Positions 49,936 through 60,998 of a stretch of 64,000 bases of DNA are shown here, piece by piece. This DNA is from Laetmonice hystrix (taxonomy: Eukaryota), in contig OZ249436.1 of the NCBI GenBank assembly GCA_965235115.1, positions 23,314,001 to 23,378,000 of the forward strand. The letters run 5' to 3'. The notes below the pieces were generated by a model that saw only the letters and a list, made by a program, of their open reading frames with translations, searched no databases and was not told the DNA's origin. Both the position numbers and the translations under genes were made by a program. Numbering within the stretch: position 1 is the first letter of the stretch; the number at the start of each line of letters is the position of its first letter.

Positions 49936-52900
49936 TTTACTGGAAACGCTTCGTTAGCCACTTCGCGTAGCCTTCCAATTGGCTAGATTTATCTTTCATC
50001 CTAAATTCGTCTCGAACAGACATTAATAGGACTCCCAGCATATTTCTACCGGTCACTTGGCCCTTCTCATAGGCGGGGTCCCCAAACTTACTCCCCCAGC
50101 CCAGAACGTATCTCGGGTTGCTTCTATCAATTTATGGGGGTAAGTATCTATCAACACTTGGCGTTCCCATGGGTTTTGGCTGAATTTTAGATGCAATATC
50201 ATCTTTTTTATGCCCACCCGTTTTTGAAACCATTCTAGGGTTGGTCGCACTGTGCCGCCCAATTTCTTTGCTGCTGCCGCGTCATAGGCTTCGGCCACAG
50301 CCCGCGCTAGCTCTGGCTGGCTGCACTCATCACATTTTATGTATTGGTATAAGTGTTCGCTCGTGGGGAATGACCGCCCGTCAAATTGGATGGCGTTCTC
50401 GTTCTGGTGGAAGTTACTTAATACCGAATTCTCTCCGCAGAACGTTATTCCTGCCCTTGTCACCTTTTGTTTCACCGGCTCATCCGGCTGAACCGTTCTA
50501 TTATGGAGTATAGGCCCTTTTTCTATGCGTGCCTCCTCCCGATAGGCAGGTAGCATCCCTTCTCCTTCCCACCTTCCTAGAAGGCATTCTATGCTCATGG
50601 GAGGGTCCTCTTCTTTGAACCTTTTGTTTGAGTTTCCTGGCTCTATGTCTTCCCCTTTTCTCTTTCCTAAGTCAACCCTTGCAGGGTCATGACCTAGTTC
50701 CCCTGTCCTACTTTTCTTTGGATCTACGTCTCCTCTTCCAGGCCTAACCCTTTTTCCTAAGCTAGTTTCCCTGGGATACCTATTGGCGCCCCCACTAGCT
50801 CCTGGGAGAGGTAGATCACTGGGTCGCCCTTCATCATTTTTGGGCCTGCCCCTCTTCTCCCGTGTGCCCGTGTTTTGTTCCACAGGCTGTCTGACCCTTT
50901 TTCGGAGGTTATATCTGGGCTCATTATTAACTTCAGCCGGCCCGGGCAGGTGGGGTGGTCCCACCTCATCGTCAGTGTCCGGTAGCGGGGTGTCCTGCGC
51001 CGTCAATTCGGGCTCAGGGGCCCCTGGGACTTCTCCCCCTCTATCAGGTTCCCTTGGCGGGGCCACCGCCTCCGGTTCGACCAGCCTAGCTGACCTCACC
51101 GGTCGTTCCCGCCCCCCATCATCTAGGTCGAGGGGCATCCCCTTCGCTCGAGTTTTATGGAGAACGTGTCTGGGCCTGTCCCGATCAGCATCCCAGCACG
51201 CTTCTGGGTGTGCTAACCGCAAGTTTTCTACATGTACCACTTTTGTTTTTCCTGTTAACTGACTCTTTATCCTGTATGTTACAGGTCCCAGCTTGTCTAA
51301 CACCCGGTAGTAGGGTTGCCATTTCTCCATCAGTTTTGCCGATTCCTCCCGGTTTATCCGCTTGATTAGATAGTACACTGGGTCTCCTATGTCGAGCTCT
51401 TTTGCCCTGGCCTTTCCTTTGAGTCTTTCTTTGTTCCGCTCCCTACTTTCTTCCATGTTCCGTTTCGTACTTACAAAGGCTTGGTGTAGCCGTTGAAGCG
51501 TTGTGGGAACGTATTCATCCCCCATGTATTTCATCTTTGGCCTCAACAGGGTATCCATGGGGAGGACGGGGTCCCTCCCGTACACCATAAAGAAAGGGGT
51601 GTGTTTCGTGGTCTCATTTACTGCGGTCCTATATGCCAGCAGTGCCCCCGACACTGCCTGATCCCATTCCAGTCCCGGCGTTTTTGCCAGTATGTCATTC
51701 AATACCCTATGGAACCTTTCCGTTTTACCATTACTCTGCGGGTGGTACGGGGTGGCATTACAAAATTCTGTTCCCTGATCTGAAATGATCAATCGGGGAC
51801 ACGAGTGTCGTGGGATGAATTTTGCCAATAGTAGCTTAGCCACTGTTTGAGCGGACTTATCTGGGGTCGGGTAAGCCTCCGGCCACCCCGACAGGTGGTC
51901 CACAATTGTCACTATGTATTTATTGCCATGCTCCGTTTCCACAAACGGCCCGCACGTATCTATTCCCACTATCTCAAATGGGTACTGCGGGATTGGCATG
52001 TCCTGCATTTCAGCTGTATGTTTCCGCATGTTTCTCTGGCTACAGGGCACGCACTTTCGTACATATCCTACCACCGCTTTATACATGCCGGGAAAATAGT
52101 ACCTCGGGCGTAGGGTGTTATAGGTTTTATCTATCCCTAGGTGTCCTAGCTTGTCATGATAGGAATCTAGTAGATTTAGGATCATTCGGGCCGGAACGGC
52201 CAATTGCATATAATGTTCCGGGTCATACTTGGTTGGCGGAACTATGTGGTACAGTAGTCCCTCGTCCATGACAAAATTATCTAGCCCTGTCGTCTCATCT
52301 CCCCCTTCCATCCGCTCTATTATCTCCTTCCACTCATCATCTTGTCTCTGGAGGTGCGCCATCTTATCTCGATTTGTTTTTAGTTCTTCGTAAGCTTTAA
52401 GGATTGGTGTCTCTTGGGGTCCGTCTTCCCCTTCCTTTTCCACACTGTCCACCTGGTTTTCAGGTGTCAGGCTGTCTGTATCAATCATTGTGACCTCATG
52501 TTCTTTGACCACCGGGCGACCCGTTTTTCTTATCCTGGAGAGCATGTCGGCCCGAACGTTATTCTTTCCGGATCTAAATTGGATGTCGCACCCATACTCG
52601 TTTATTAATATGGCCCATCTTTGTATCTTCGTGTTTTTCAGAGGTGAACAGGGACTTCAACGGCTTATGGTCTGTGTAGACTATAAAAGGTGCCCCCAGA
52701 AGGTAGTGTCTCAAATGAGTTATGCAATATACTATTGCATACGCCTCCCTTTCGATACACGGCCATTTTTGTTGACACTTGGTCAACTGGTGCGAGATGT
52801 ATTGCACAACCCTGTCTCCGTCCTCATATGCCTGAGTCAGCACCCCACCCACTGCATATAGACTAGCATCCGTATATAATTTGTACGGCCTGGTGGGGTC

Positions 52901-54630
52901 CGTGTAGGTCAAGATGGGCACAGAGGTCAGTTTTCCTTTCAATGTGTCGAACGCTTCCTGAGCCCTTGCATCCCACTGAAATCGGGCGTTTTTCTTTGTT
53001 AGGCTCGTAAGGGGCTTGGCTATGTTCGCGTAGTCGGCAATAAACTTTCTATAGTATCCAGCTGCCCCTAAGAATGACCTGACCTCCTTAACTGTGGTGG
53101 GTGGTGCCAATTGCTTAATGGCTGCCACGTTCTCATCGTTGGGCCTCACCCCATCCCTCGAGATGATGTGACCCAAATACTTTATCTCTGATTTCAAGAA
53201 ATCACATTTCTTCAACTTCAATTTCAGTCCCGCCTGATCTATTCTTCTAAGCATCTCTTTCTGATGTTCCATGTGTCCCTCAAACGTCTCCGAGAACATG
53301 AGTATATCATCAATGATGGCAATCATTGATGGCATACAAAAGCCGTCTTGTTTTTGTCCTCCTCCTTGACCTCCACTTGCCAATATCCGCTTTTGAAGTC
53401 CAAAGAACTGAAATACTTGGACCTCCCTAGTGTGTCAAAAATGTCCTCGATTCTCGGTAGTGGGTATGAGTTTTTTACTGTGACATTGTTCAGTTTCCGG
53501 TAATCGACACAAAACCTCAGGGTCCCGTCCTTCTTGGGTACTATTACCACCGGGCTTGACCATGGGCCAAATGAGGGTCTGATCACCTGTGCTTTCAACA
53601 TCTCATCCACATGCTCTTCTATGACATGTTTCCTAGTGAGGGGTACTCGGTACGGCGCCTGCCGAATGGGAGCACTGTCCCCCGTGTCTATCTGTGCTTT
53701 GACTAATCTAGTGTGTCCCAGGTCAGAGTCAGACCTCGCGAACAAGTGACTATAATTTCTTATCACTCGTGCCAAGGCTTCCTTTTCCTCTGGTGACACG
53801 TGTCCTAACACCCTATCTAGTTCTTCTGCCTCAATCCCTCCACCGCGTTTTTGTTTTCTTCCCCATTGCTGATCCCTACTCAATTCCTCGGCCGCTCCCA
53901 GACATATGCCCCCTGGGACATATATCGGACTTCTCGTTGTGTTTATCAGTCCTATTTCGGTATAGCCCCTCTTTATCCCGGCTATCGTATCTGGCATCTG
54001 AACCGCTGGATGCCTCTCAAAGAAACTACACTTCCTGATCGGCTGTACTAGGCATCCAGACCGTGTTATTCCTCTACCTCCCACCTGCCGGCACCTCACT
54101 CTCAATAAGGTGTGAGGTGGTATCACTTGGCCTTTCATTGTCCTAATTACCTTATTCCTATATCCAGCCCCTTTAGTTTTCAATGCTACTGTCTCCTCTC
54201 CTATTATCAGCATCCTAGTGTCATAATCTATTTTCGATTTCATTTTCGCCAGTGCGTCACTACCCAAAATTCCTGGCCTAGACAATCCCTTGATAACTCG
54301 GAATGGAATTGAATGTCTGGTTCTTCCTATCCTTATTTTCATTGCGTAGGTTCCCAAAATATTTAATTGATGGCCGCTTGCCCCAACTGTCGGAGGCGTC
54401 CTCACATTCAACTTACTCATAAATCTCGCAGGTATTATCTTAAATGTAGCTAAGTCTATTGCTGAAATATCAGCTCCTGAATCTACCAACACATCCATAT
54501 GTACATTTCCCATTAGTACTGTGCACATGGGGCATTCCGACCCCCTCGAATAATCCCCCATCTTTTCTTCTGGATTATTCCTTATTCCCAAAACTATGGC
54601 CCTACTAGTCCCGGGAGCTCCTAGTTTCCC
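49936..54630 (-). pseudogene. pol: pol: protease, RT, RNase H, integrase, disordered linker and C-terminal NADAR domain (disrupted)
   Basis: LVDSGA; RFCVDYRKLN, LDFKSGYWQ, IIDDILM (deletion upstream); YTDAS, EREAYA, TDHKPL; HDKLGH..CVPC, IDTCGP, ISDQG, ERFHR; then SVLSNFH, TSEHLYQYIK, KFSQN, IEATRDTFW and, after a frameshift at ~50053, GRNMLGVLLMSVRDEF. Confidence 0.92.
54585..54630 (-). promoter_or_regulatory. -1 ribosomal frameshift signal (G GGA AAC + hairpin)
   Basis: CAG GGA AAC TAG at the gag end. The -1 frame GKLGAPGTSRAIVLGIRNNPE joins pol. Stem TCCCGGGACTA/TAGTTTTGGGA lies 7 nt downstream. Confidence 0.8.
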
Positions 54631-56651
54631 TGCGTGGGTCGGTCTTGTCTAAATCCCTGAGACCCACTTCTGTTATCAGCTCGCCCGCCCCCTACTTGGG
54701 CTGCGTCCCTTCTTGTAAAGCAATCTCGGGCATAGTGTCCCAGTCTGCCGCACTGTCTGCAAATAGGCCTGCCATCTGGCAGCCACCGGTTCACCGATCT
54801 ATTCTGGTTTCCCCCGCTTGTCCACCCTCTCTGCATGCCCCGACCCGACCTGACTATTGGTGGATTGTTTCCGTTTCTAAGGAGGTCTAGGACTAGTTCA
54901 TGTGGGCACTGAGCCACCTCTGGCTCTTCTCTCGTCTCTGTGTCCCGGCTCATTGCCTGCACCATTCCCGATACTGCGTCTGCCAACCTTTCGACCTTGG
55001 CATCAATCATTGCCATCTTAAATTCTATCCCCCCTGAATTACCTTTCTCCTGACTTTCCTCACTCCCTTCTATTTCGTCCACTTCCATAGGCTCTTCATG
55101 CCTTTCTACCCTATGCGGGCGTCTTATCTCAAACTGCCTACTCGTGGCATATTCTTCCCTTGCCAACCGGACTGCTCCGTCAAAGGTCTGGGGCCCTTCC
55201 ATAATTAGGCGGCGGGCCACAGTGTCGCTACGAATGCCATCTATAAAGGTTTCGGCCAGCTCTCTTTGTACCATAACATTTGTTCACTCAGCTTGCGTAT
55301 AGGCTTCCTCTGCCTGTTCTCGCACTCGTTCCGCATAGGACGAGATTGATTCACTCTCGGCCTGTTTTACTTTCTTGAGCTTTTGTCTTGCCACTTGTTT
55401 TTCTGCGGCATCTGCGAAACGTTCCCTAATTAGCTCTCTCAATTCAGGCCATGTCAATGCGGGGTTGTCTTTGCACTGCCGCATAGCAAAGTCGGGATTA
55501 TTCTGGATTATTCCTCATTCCCAAAACTATGGCCCTACTAGTCCCGGGAGCTCCTAGTTTCCCTACGTGGGTCGGTCTTGTCTAAATCCCTGAGACCCAC
55601 TTCTGTTATCAGCTCGCCCGCCCCCTACTTGGGCTGCGTCCCTTCTTGTAAAGCAATCTCGGGCATAGTGTCCCAGTCTGCCGCACTGTCTGCAAATAGG
55701 CCTGCCATCTGGCAGCCACCGGTTCACCGATCTATTCTGGTTTCCCCCGCTTGTCCACCCTCTCTGCATGCCCCGACCCGACCTGACTATTGGTGGATTG
55801 TTTCCGTTTCTAAGGAGGTCTAGGACTAGTTCATGTGGGCACTGAGCCACCTCTGGCTCTTCTCTCGTCTCTGTGTCCCGGCTCATTGCCTGCACCATTC
55901 CCAGTACTGCGTCTGCCAACCTTTCGACCTTGGCATCAATCATTGCCATCTTAAATTCTATCCCCCCTGAATTACCTTTCTCCTGACTTTCCTCACTCCC
56001 TTCTATTTCATCCACTTCCATAGGCTCTTCATGCCTTTCTACCCTATGCGGGCGTCTTATCTCAAACTGCCTACTCGTGGCATATTCTTCCCTTGCCAAC
56101 CGGACTGCTCCGTCAAAGGTCTGGGGCCCTTCCTTAATTAGGCGGCGGGCCACAGTGTCGCTACGAATGCCATCTATAAAGGTTTCGGCCAGCTCTCTTT
56201 GTACCATAACATTTGTTCACTCAGCTTGCGTATAGGCTTCCTCTGCCTGTTCTCGCACTCGTTCCGCATAGGACGAGATTGATTCGCTCTCGGCCTGTTT
56301 TACTTTCTTGAGCTTTTGTCTTGCCACTTGTTTTTCTGCGGCATCTGCGAAACGTTCCCTAATTAGCTCTCTCAATTCAGGCCATGTCAATGCGGGGTTG
56401 TCTTTGCACTGCCGCGTAGCAAAGTCGGCCGCCGTTCCTCTGAGCGTTCTCATGGCCATATATTTTAGTTGTATGTCATCATCTACTACCGGTTCTAGTT
56501 GCCTCATGTCCTTCAGCCAACCTTGAAACATTTTATAGTTCTCCCCGTTGGCTGGCCTAATCTGTGCCTTTTCCCCTTGAATCCTCATTTCCCTTGCCAA
56601 CTTTTCAAACCCCTGAGAGAAAACGTCTGCTGGGACCGCCATTGTGACCAC
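54621..56651 (-). pseudogene. gag: gag with a 933-bp tandem duplication and an in-frame TGA
   Basis: TWPELRELIRERF, KQAESESISSYAER, FIDGI, EPMEVD, CRQCGRLGHYARDC knuckle. The 3' part is present twice. Confidence 0.9.
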
Positions 56652-56742
56652 CGCTCACCCTTTTCCGTCGTCAAGACTCTCCTCCTTTCTAGGCTTTTGA
56701 CAATCTGATCTCAACCTACTCACCTTCCTCTGTCGTCTCCAA

Positions 56743-56760
56743 ATCCTGGTCACGGCACCA
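56743..56760 (-). promoter_or_regulatory. Primer binding site, tRNA-His-like
   Basis: TGGTGCCGTGACCAGGAT 1 nt after the 5' LTR; closely matches the complement of the metazoan tRNA-His 3' end as I recall it (TGGTGCCGTGACTCGGAT). Confidence 0.8.
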
Positions 56761-56761
56761 A

Positions 56762-57451
56762 TGTAGTTGGGTGGACCCCCAAACTGATCAACAACACAAG
56801 TCCAGATTTGGAGTAACGACTTCTTTGTTCACAATAGTGCGTCGTCTTGGTGAGTGTGGCCTGGAGAGCTTTCTGTAGCGTTCGCTCTGGATCCCCGTTC
56901 CCGTCTATCTCTTCCTAGCTAAGCCCCGTCCCTTTATACTGCTTGCCTATCCTCCCGGGATCTATTTTTAGCGCTGAGCCAGCATCACATGCCGCTGAGT
57001 CAGCCCCCGGGTTTCCCCCAGAATGCTGACTCATCAGTCACAAGACTCCCAGCTCATACTCTTAACTATTGATACCTATTTTTAGGTTTTCTGGTTCTAA
57101 CCGGTTCTAACCGGTTTTGACTGGTTCTGACCGGTTCTAACCGGTTTTGGCTGGTCTCGTGATGCTGACTCATCCGGTCACAGGACGCCAATATCCTGGA
57201 GTTGTTTACACCACTCTGCACTAACATCCGGGAGTTGTTTATACTACTTATCTTAACATCCGGGAGTTGTTTACATTGTTCCACCACTGTGGTGCTGACA
57301 TCAGCATCCTGTTATCTACATCCTTCATCTGAACCATTACTGGAGTTTCTATACATTCGTATATATAATTATATCTATGTTTTTGCATACTTCAAGACTA
57401 ACTACTTTTAATATATATTCTTCTTATTATTTACTATTCTAAACACGACCT
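56762..57451 (-). repeat. 5' LTR (outer few bp missing)
   Basis: Matches 45862-46548 but lacks the terminal TGTTACA. TATAAA on minus near 56933-56938. Confidence 0.9.
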
Positions 57452-57679
57452 GCCCCCCCTGACTTGAATTTATAGGCCCCCACCGTTAGGCCTAGCCTAC
57501 ATATCCGCCCCTGTTCCTCACGAGGTTAGGTCTATAGGATAGGCCTAGGCCTAATTGTAGGCCTAATTCCGTCACGGCTTGCTTTTAAATAGGCTATTCA
57601 CCTCATTCACGGATTCGCCATTGTGAAACCAAAGCGAGGCTGACACCGCAATGTCACGCATGGCCTTGACGTAACCGTC

Positions 57680-60533
57680 ATGGCGCACTGTTGTGTACCG
57701 TTATGCACAAACGACGCCAGACGTGCAGAAAAGGATAGAGATAATGCAAAAAAGCTTTCTTTTCACAATTTTCCTAAAGACCAAGGCCTTAAAAAGCGCT
57801 GGATTATCGCCATTAGAAGAGACGAAGGGCCAAATTTCAAGGTAAGACAAGACTGTCAACCGAGCGATAATAGGTTATGGTAGCGGTTAGTCGTCGTCGA
57901 ATTTCTAGACTTTTTGAGAATTTCATCTAGGCTACTCAGATAACATCCATCAAAATACATTTACGTATCTGTTGAAGTAACACTCCTTTTTGTACTCTCA
58001 GCAAGTTTCAGTGCCAAAAAATGGTCTAAAACGTAACTTTGACAGTCGGCGTGAGTCGCTGGTGTAGCCTATTTACTCTGACCGTGACTGAGTCTGACTT
58101 GTTGGAGTGGGTTGCTGCCTGATCCCTTGGCCTTGTCTGCACGCAGACTTCGCTTAATCCAAAGTAGATTTTAGAGTTAGTCAGGGTCGTATTGGTAATT
58201 TATTGAAATCAAATCCTATTTAGTTGAGGGGACGAGAGGTGGTATAGGTTTCAATCAGTCATGTGCGCTATTCCGCTGGCGGGCCGCTCACAGTGACTGG
58301 ATGCCGTCTGGCTTCTGGGAGAGGCGACGGCTAAACCAAGCTGCCCGCGGTGCTAAACCCGTCACTCAAACCAAGGTGCGAGTTAACCAGGGCAAGTCGC
58401 CTGGGTGCGGGTTGAACTTGATAATTGTCATTACATTTTGGCTTCCTGCTGACCCCATGTAGCGGATGAAGACAGTCTCCCTGGTAGACCGCCTCCAGGC
58501 ATTTTGAACTTACCACAGCTAATGAGTCATGTAACTTATTGTAAGCTGAGGAGTAGGCTATACATGGTCAGGGATGACAGTTAACTATACTTATACTATG
58601 AATATGATGAAACTGGCAGGAGATCATTGGATGAACAATAGGCTAGCTTCATTTTTCCTTTCCTTTCTGCCGGTCTTAACTCTTTGTCTTATGCTGAGTT
58701 ATGGCAGGGTGGCACGGGCAGGGGCCACGCAAGGCAGCTGAGCCTGAGGCAGCTGCTTCGGCAGAATTTTTTTTAAACTGCTCAAATCTAAGCAAAGCTA
58801 TATTGCTGGCCACTGGCTTCAGCCAAAATAGTTAAATTATCTTCAAATTTAAGACCATGTTATGGGCATAATTACCGTTGGCATAACATTCATTTTGTTA
58901 AGTTTTTACTCTGTTTTGATTTACTACTGTGATTCATTTATTTTTGTACAGGTTACAAACAAAACGTATGTTTGTTCTGACCACTTCAAAGCAGAGAATT
59001 TGATGAAAACGTTAACAGGGATTCGAAAATTGAAGAAAGGTGCTGTTCCGTCTGTATTTGCATGGTGTGCCCATAGAAATACCAGGAACCCACCAGCTAG
59101 AAACACTGCAACAGTCGTCACCAGTGGAGTTTTGGATAATAGGTATAATTGTAAAAGAAGACTCTTTTAAATATCTCAATTTATAGGCCTATATAATATA
59201 GACAAGTTCAACACATACAAATAATAGGCATAAATGTCTATGTGTTGCAGTATCAGTATCAGCATAATTCTACTTTTTACCTTTTTAATCTTAAGATGTA
59301 TATTCTAGTGTTTGAGAATAGTTCCAAGTTTAAGTAAACTTGTAACATAGTGAAAAGGACAATAATATTTTTAGAATTACCTGTAATTTGATTGGAATTT
59401 TTAGCAAAAGAATATAGATTAAGTATTGTGTAATTTTATCTTTTTCATTCAGGCTGGTAGAAGTGAATGATGCAGCTTGTAACCACGCAAACTTCCATGA
59501 TTACTGTGTACAACCAAGACCAGCAGAAGAAAAACTGGAAGCAGCTCTTCAAAGGATTGCAGAACTGGAAGATGTAGTTCAGCAGCAGACAGTCAAGAAT
59601 TTTGGGATTTCGCGATTTACTCATGACCCTGAACTGATACGATTTTATACAGGATTTCCGACGTATGAAGTGTTCAAGGCGTTTTTTGAAAGCATTGCTC
59701 CACACGCTGCAAAAATGATTAGATGGACACAAGTTCAAAGACAGTGTAAAGGTCAAAGAGAGAGAATGCAGCACAGTGCAGTTCAAAAGTTGTTCCTTAT
59801 TGACCAGTTCTTCATGTTCTGTCATAAAATCAGGTTAGGGTCACTTGATCAGGACCTTGCAGACAAGTTCGGGGTCAGTCAGGCTACCGTCAGTAGAAAT
59901 ACAATTTCATGGGCAAACTTTCTGTATTGTCTGCTTGGATCACAACCTCTATGGCCTAGTAAAACCCAAGTGCAGAAACATATGCCCAAATCGTTCAAGG
60001 ATTCCTATCCAAATGTAAGAGTAATTTTGGATTGCACAGAGTTACGTGTTCAGGCACCGTCTAGTCTGGTACTCAGTTCCGAATTATTCTCTCACTATAA
60101 GGGAACCACCACTTTCAAGGCACTACTTGGAATCACCCCTTCAGGGTGTGTTTCCTTTGTAAGTTCACTGTATTCTGGCAGCATATCTGACAGACATATC
60201 ACAAGAGTTTCTGGTTGCCTTGATTTATTAGAACCTGGGGATGAAGTTATGGCAGATAAGGGGTTCCTGATAGAAGATCTTCTGGCTACAAAACAGTGCA
60301 AATTAGTTATACCATGTTTTTTGGCTAGAAAGGGGCAATTTTCTAAATCAGAAAACGAGCTGAATGCTAAGATAGCAAATTTGCGAGTTCACGTAGAGAG
60401 AGCAATACGAAGAATTAGAGGTTATCACCTGTTTGATTCAGTAGTGCCACTGAATCTTGCTGGTACCATCAACCAGTTGTGGAGTGTGTGCTGTATGCTG
60501 TCAAACTTTCAAGGACCATTGATTAAAAACTAA
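57680..60533 (+). CDS. THAP + HTH + DDE (DDE_Tnp_4-type) transposase, 3 exons (57680-57841, 58952-59142, 59453-60533), 477 aa
   Basis: GT-AG junctions keep frame. THAP CCVPLC..FHNFP..W..VCSDHF..AVPSVF; catalytic ILDCTE, MADKGF, HVERAI. Confidence 0.9.
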
Positions 60534-60804
60534 TGACTGTTATACCAGATTATGAGATCGTACATTGTTGAATCAAAATAACTGGACAAGCACAAATATA
60601 TTTTTAAAAATTTATTGGTAAAATAAATGCTTATAAATCGGACTGTACTTTATTTACTTTATTTTAACAATAAAGGCTACCGAATGTGACAATACCAACG
60701 ATTTCAACTTTCCACAAATATTCCTGAGAGTTTGGGTAATATTCTCAGTATGTACCCTGTTCTATGTATCTAACGTTGCCCCCTATTAAGGAATAAGTAA
60801 GTAC

Positions 60805-60970
60805 CACCGTGGCCTGGGTTCATTTCTAAGCTTTAACTGCGCATGTGTGGAAGTTTGACGAGTTCCTTGCGGTGGGTTGGTGGTTTCCTCTGAGTACTAC
60901 ATGTACTATGGCTCCTCCAGTACTCGCTGCCATGCGAGGATTCAGGCACTTAACTTGGCATTAAACAAAC
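60805..60970 (+). mobile_element. 5'-truncated SINE-like fragment between the converging genes
   Basis: Degenerate B box (GGGTTCATTTC), GGTGGTTTCCTCTGAGTACT core, GGCATTAAACAAAC tail. Confidence 0.4.
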
Positions 60971-60998
60971 GCTCCGAGTTGCGTATGCGTAGTCCTCA

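Larger units (their letters stand above)
45862..57451 (-). mobile_element. Env-containing Ty3/Gypsy (errantivirus-like) LTR retroelement: gag-pol(PR-RT-RH-IN-NADAR)-env-dUTPase-ORFx
   Basis: Two ~690-bp LTRs, PBS, PPT and complete gene order. Disabled by frameshifts, deletions and a gag duplication. Confidence 0.93.

Noticed and set aside
59463..60533. Domesticated host gene such as HARBI1 or THAP9
   Set aside because: Convergent pairing with a SWIM/YqaJ gene fits an ISL2EU transposon better, so no gene symbol was assigned.
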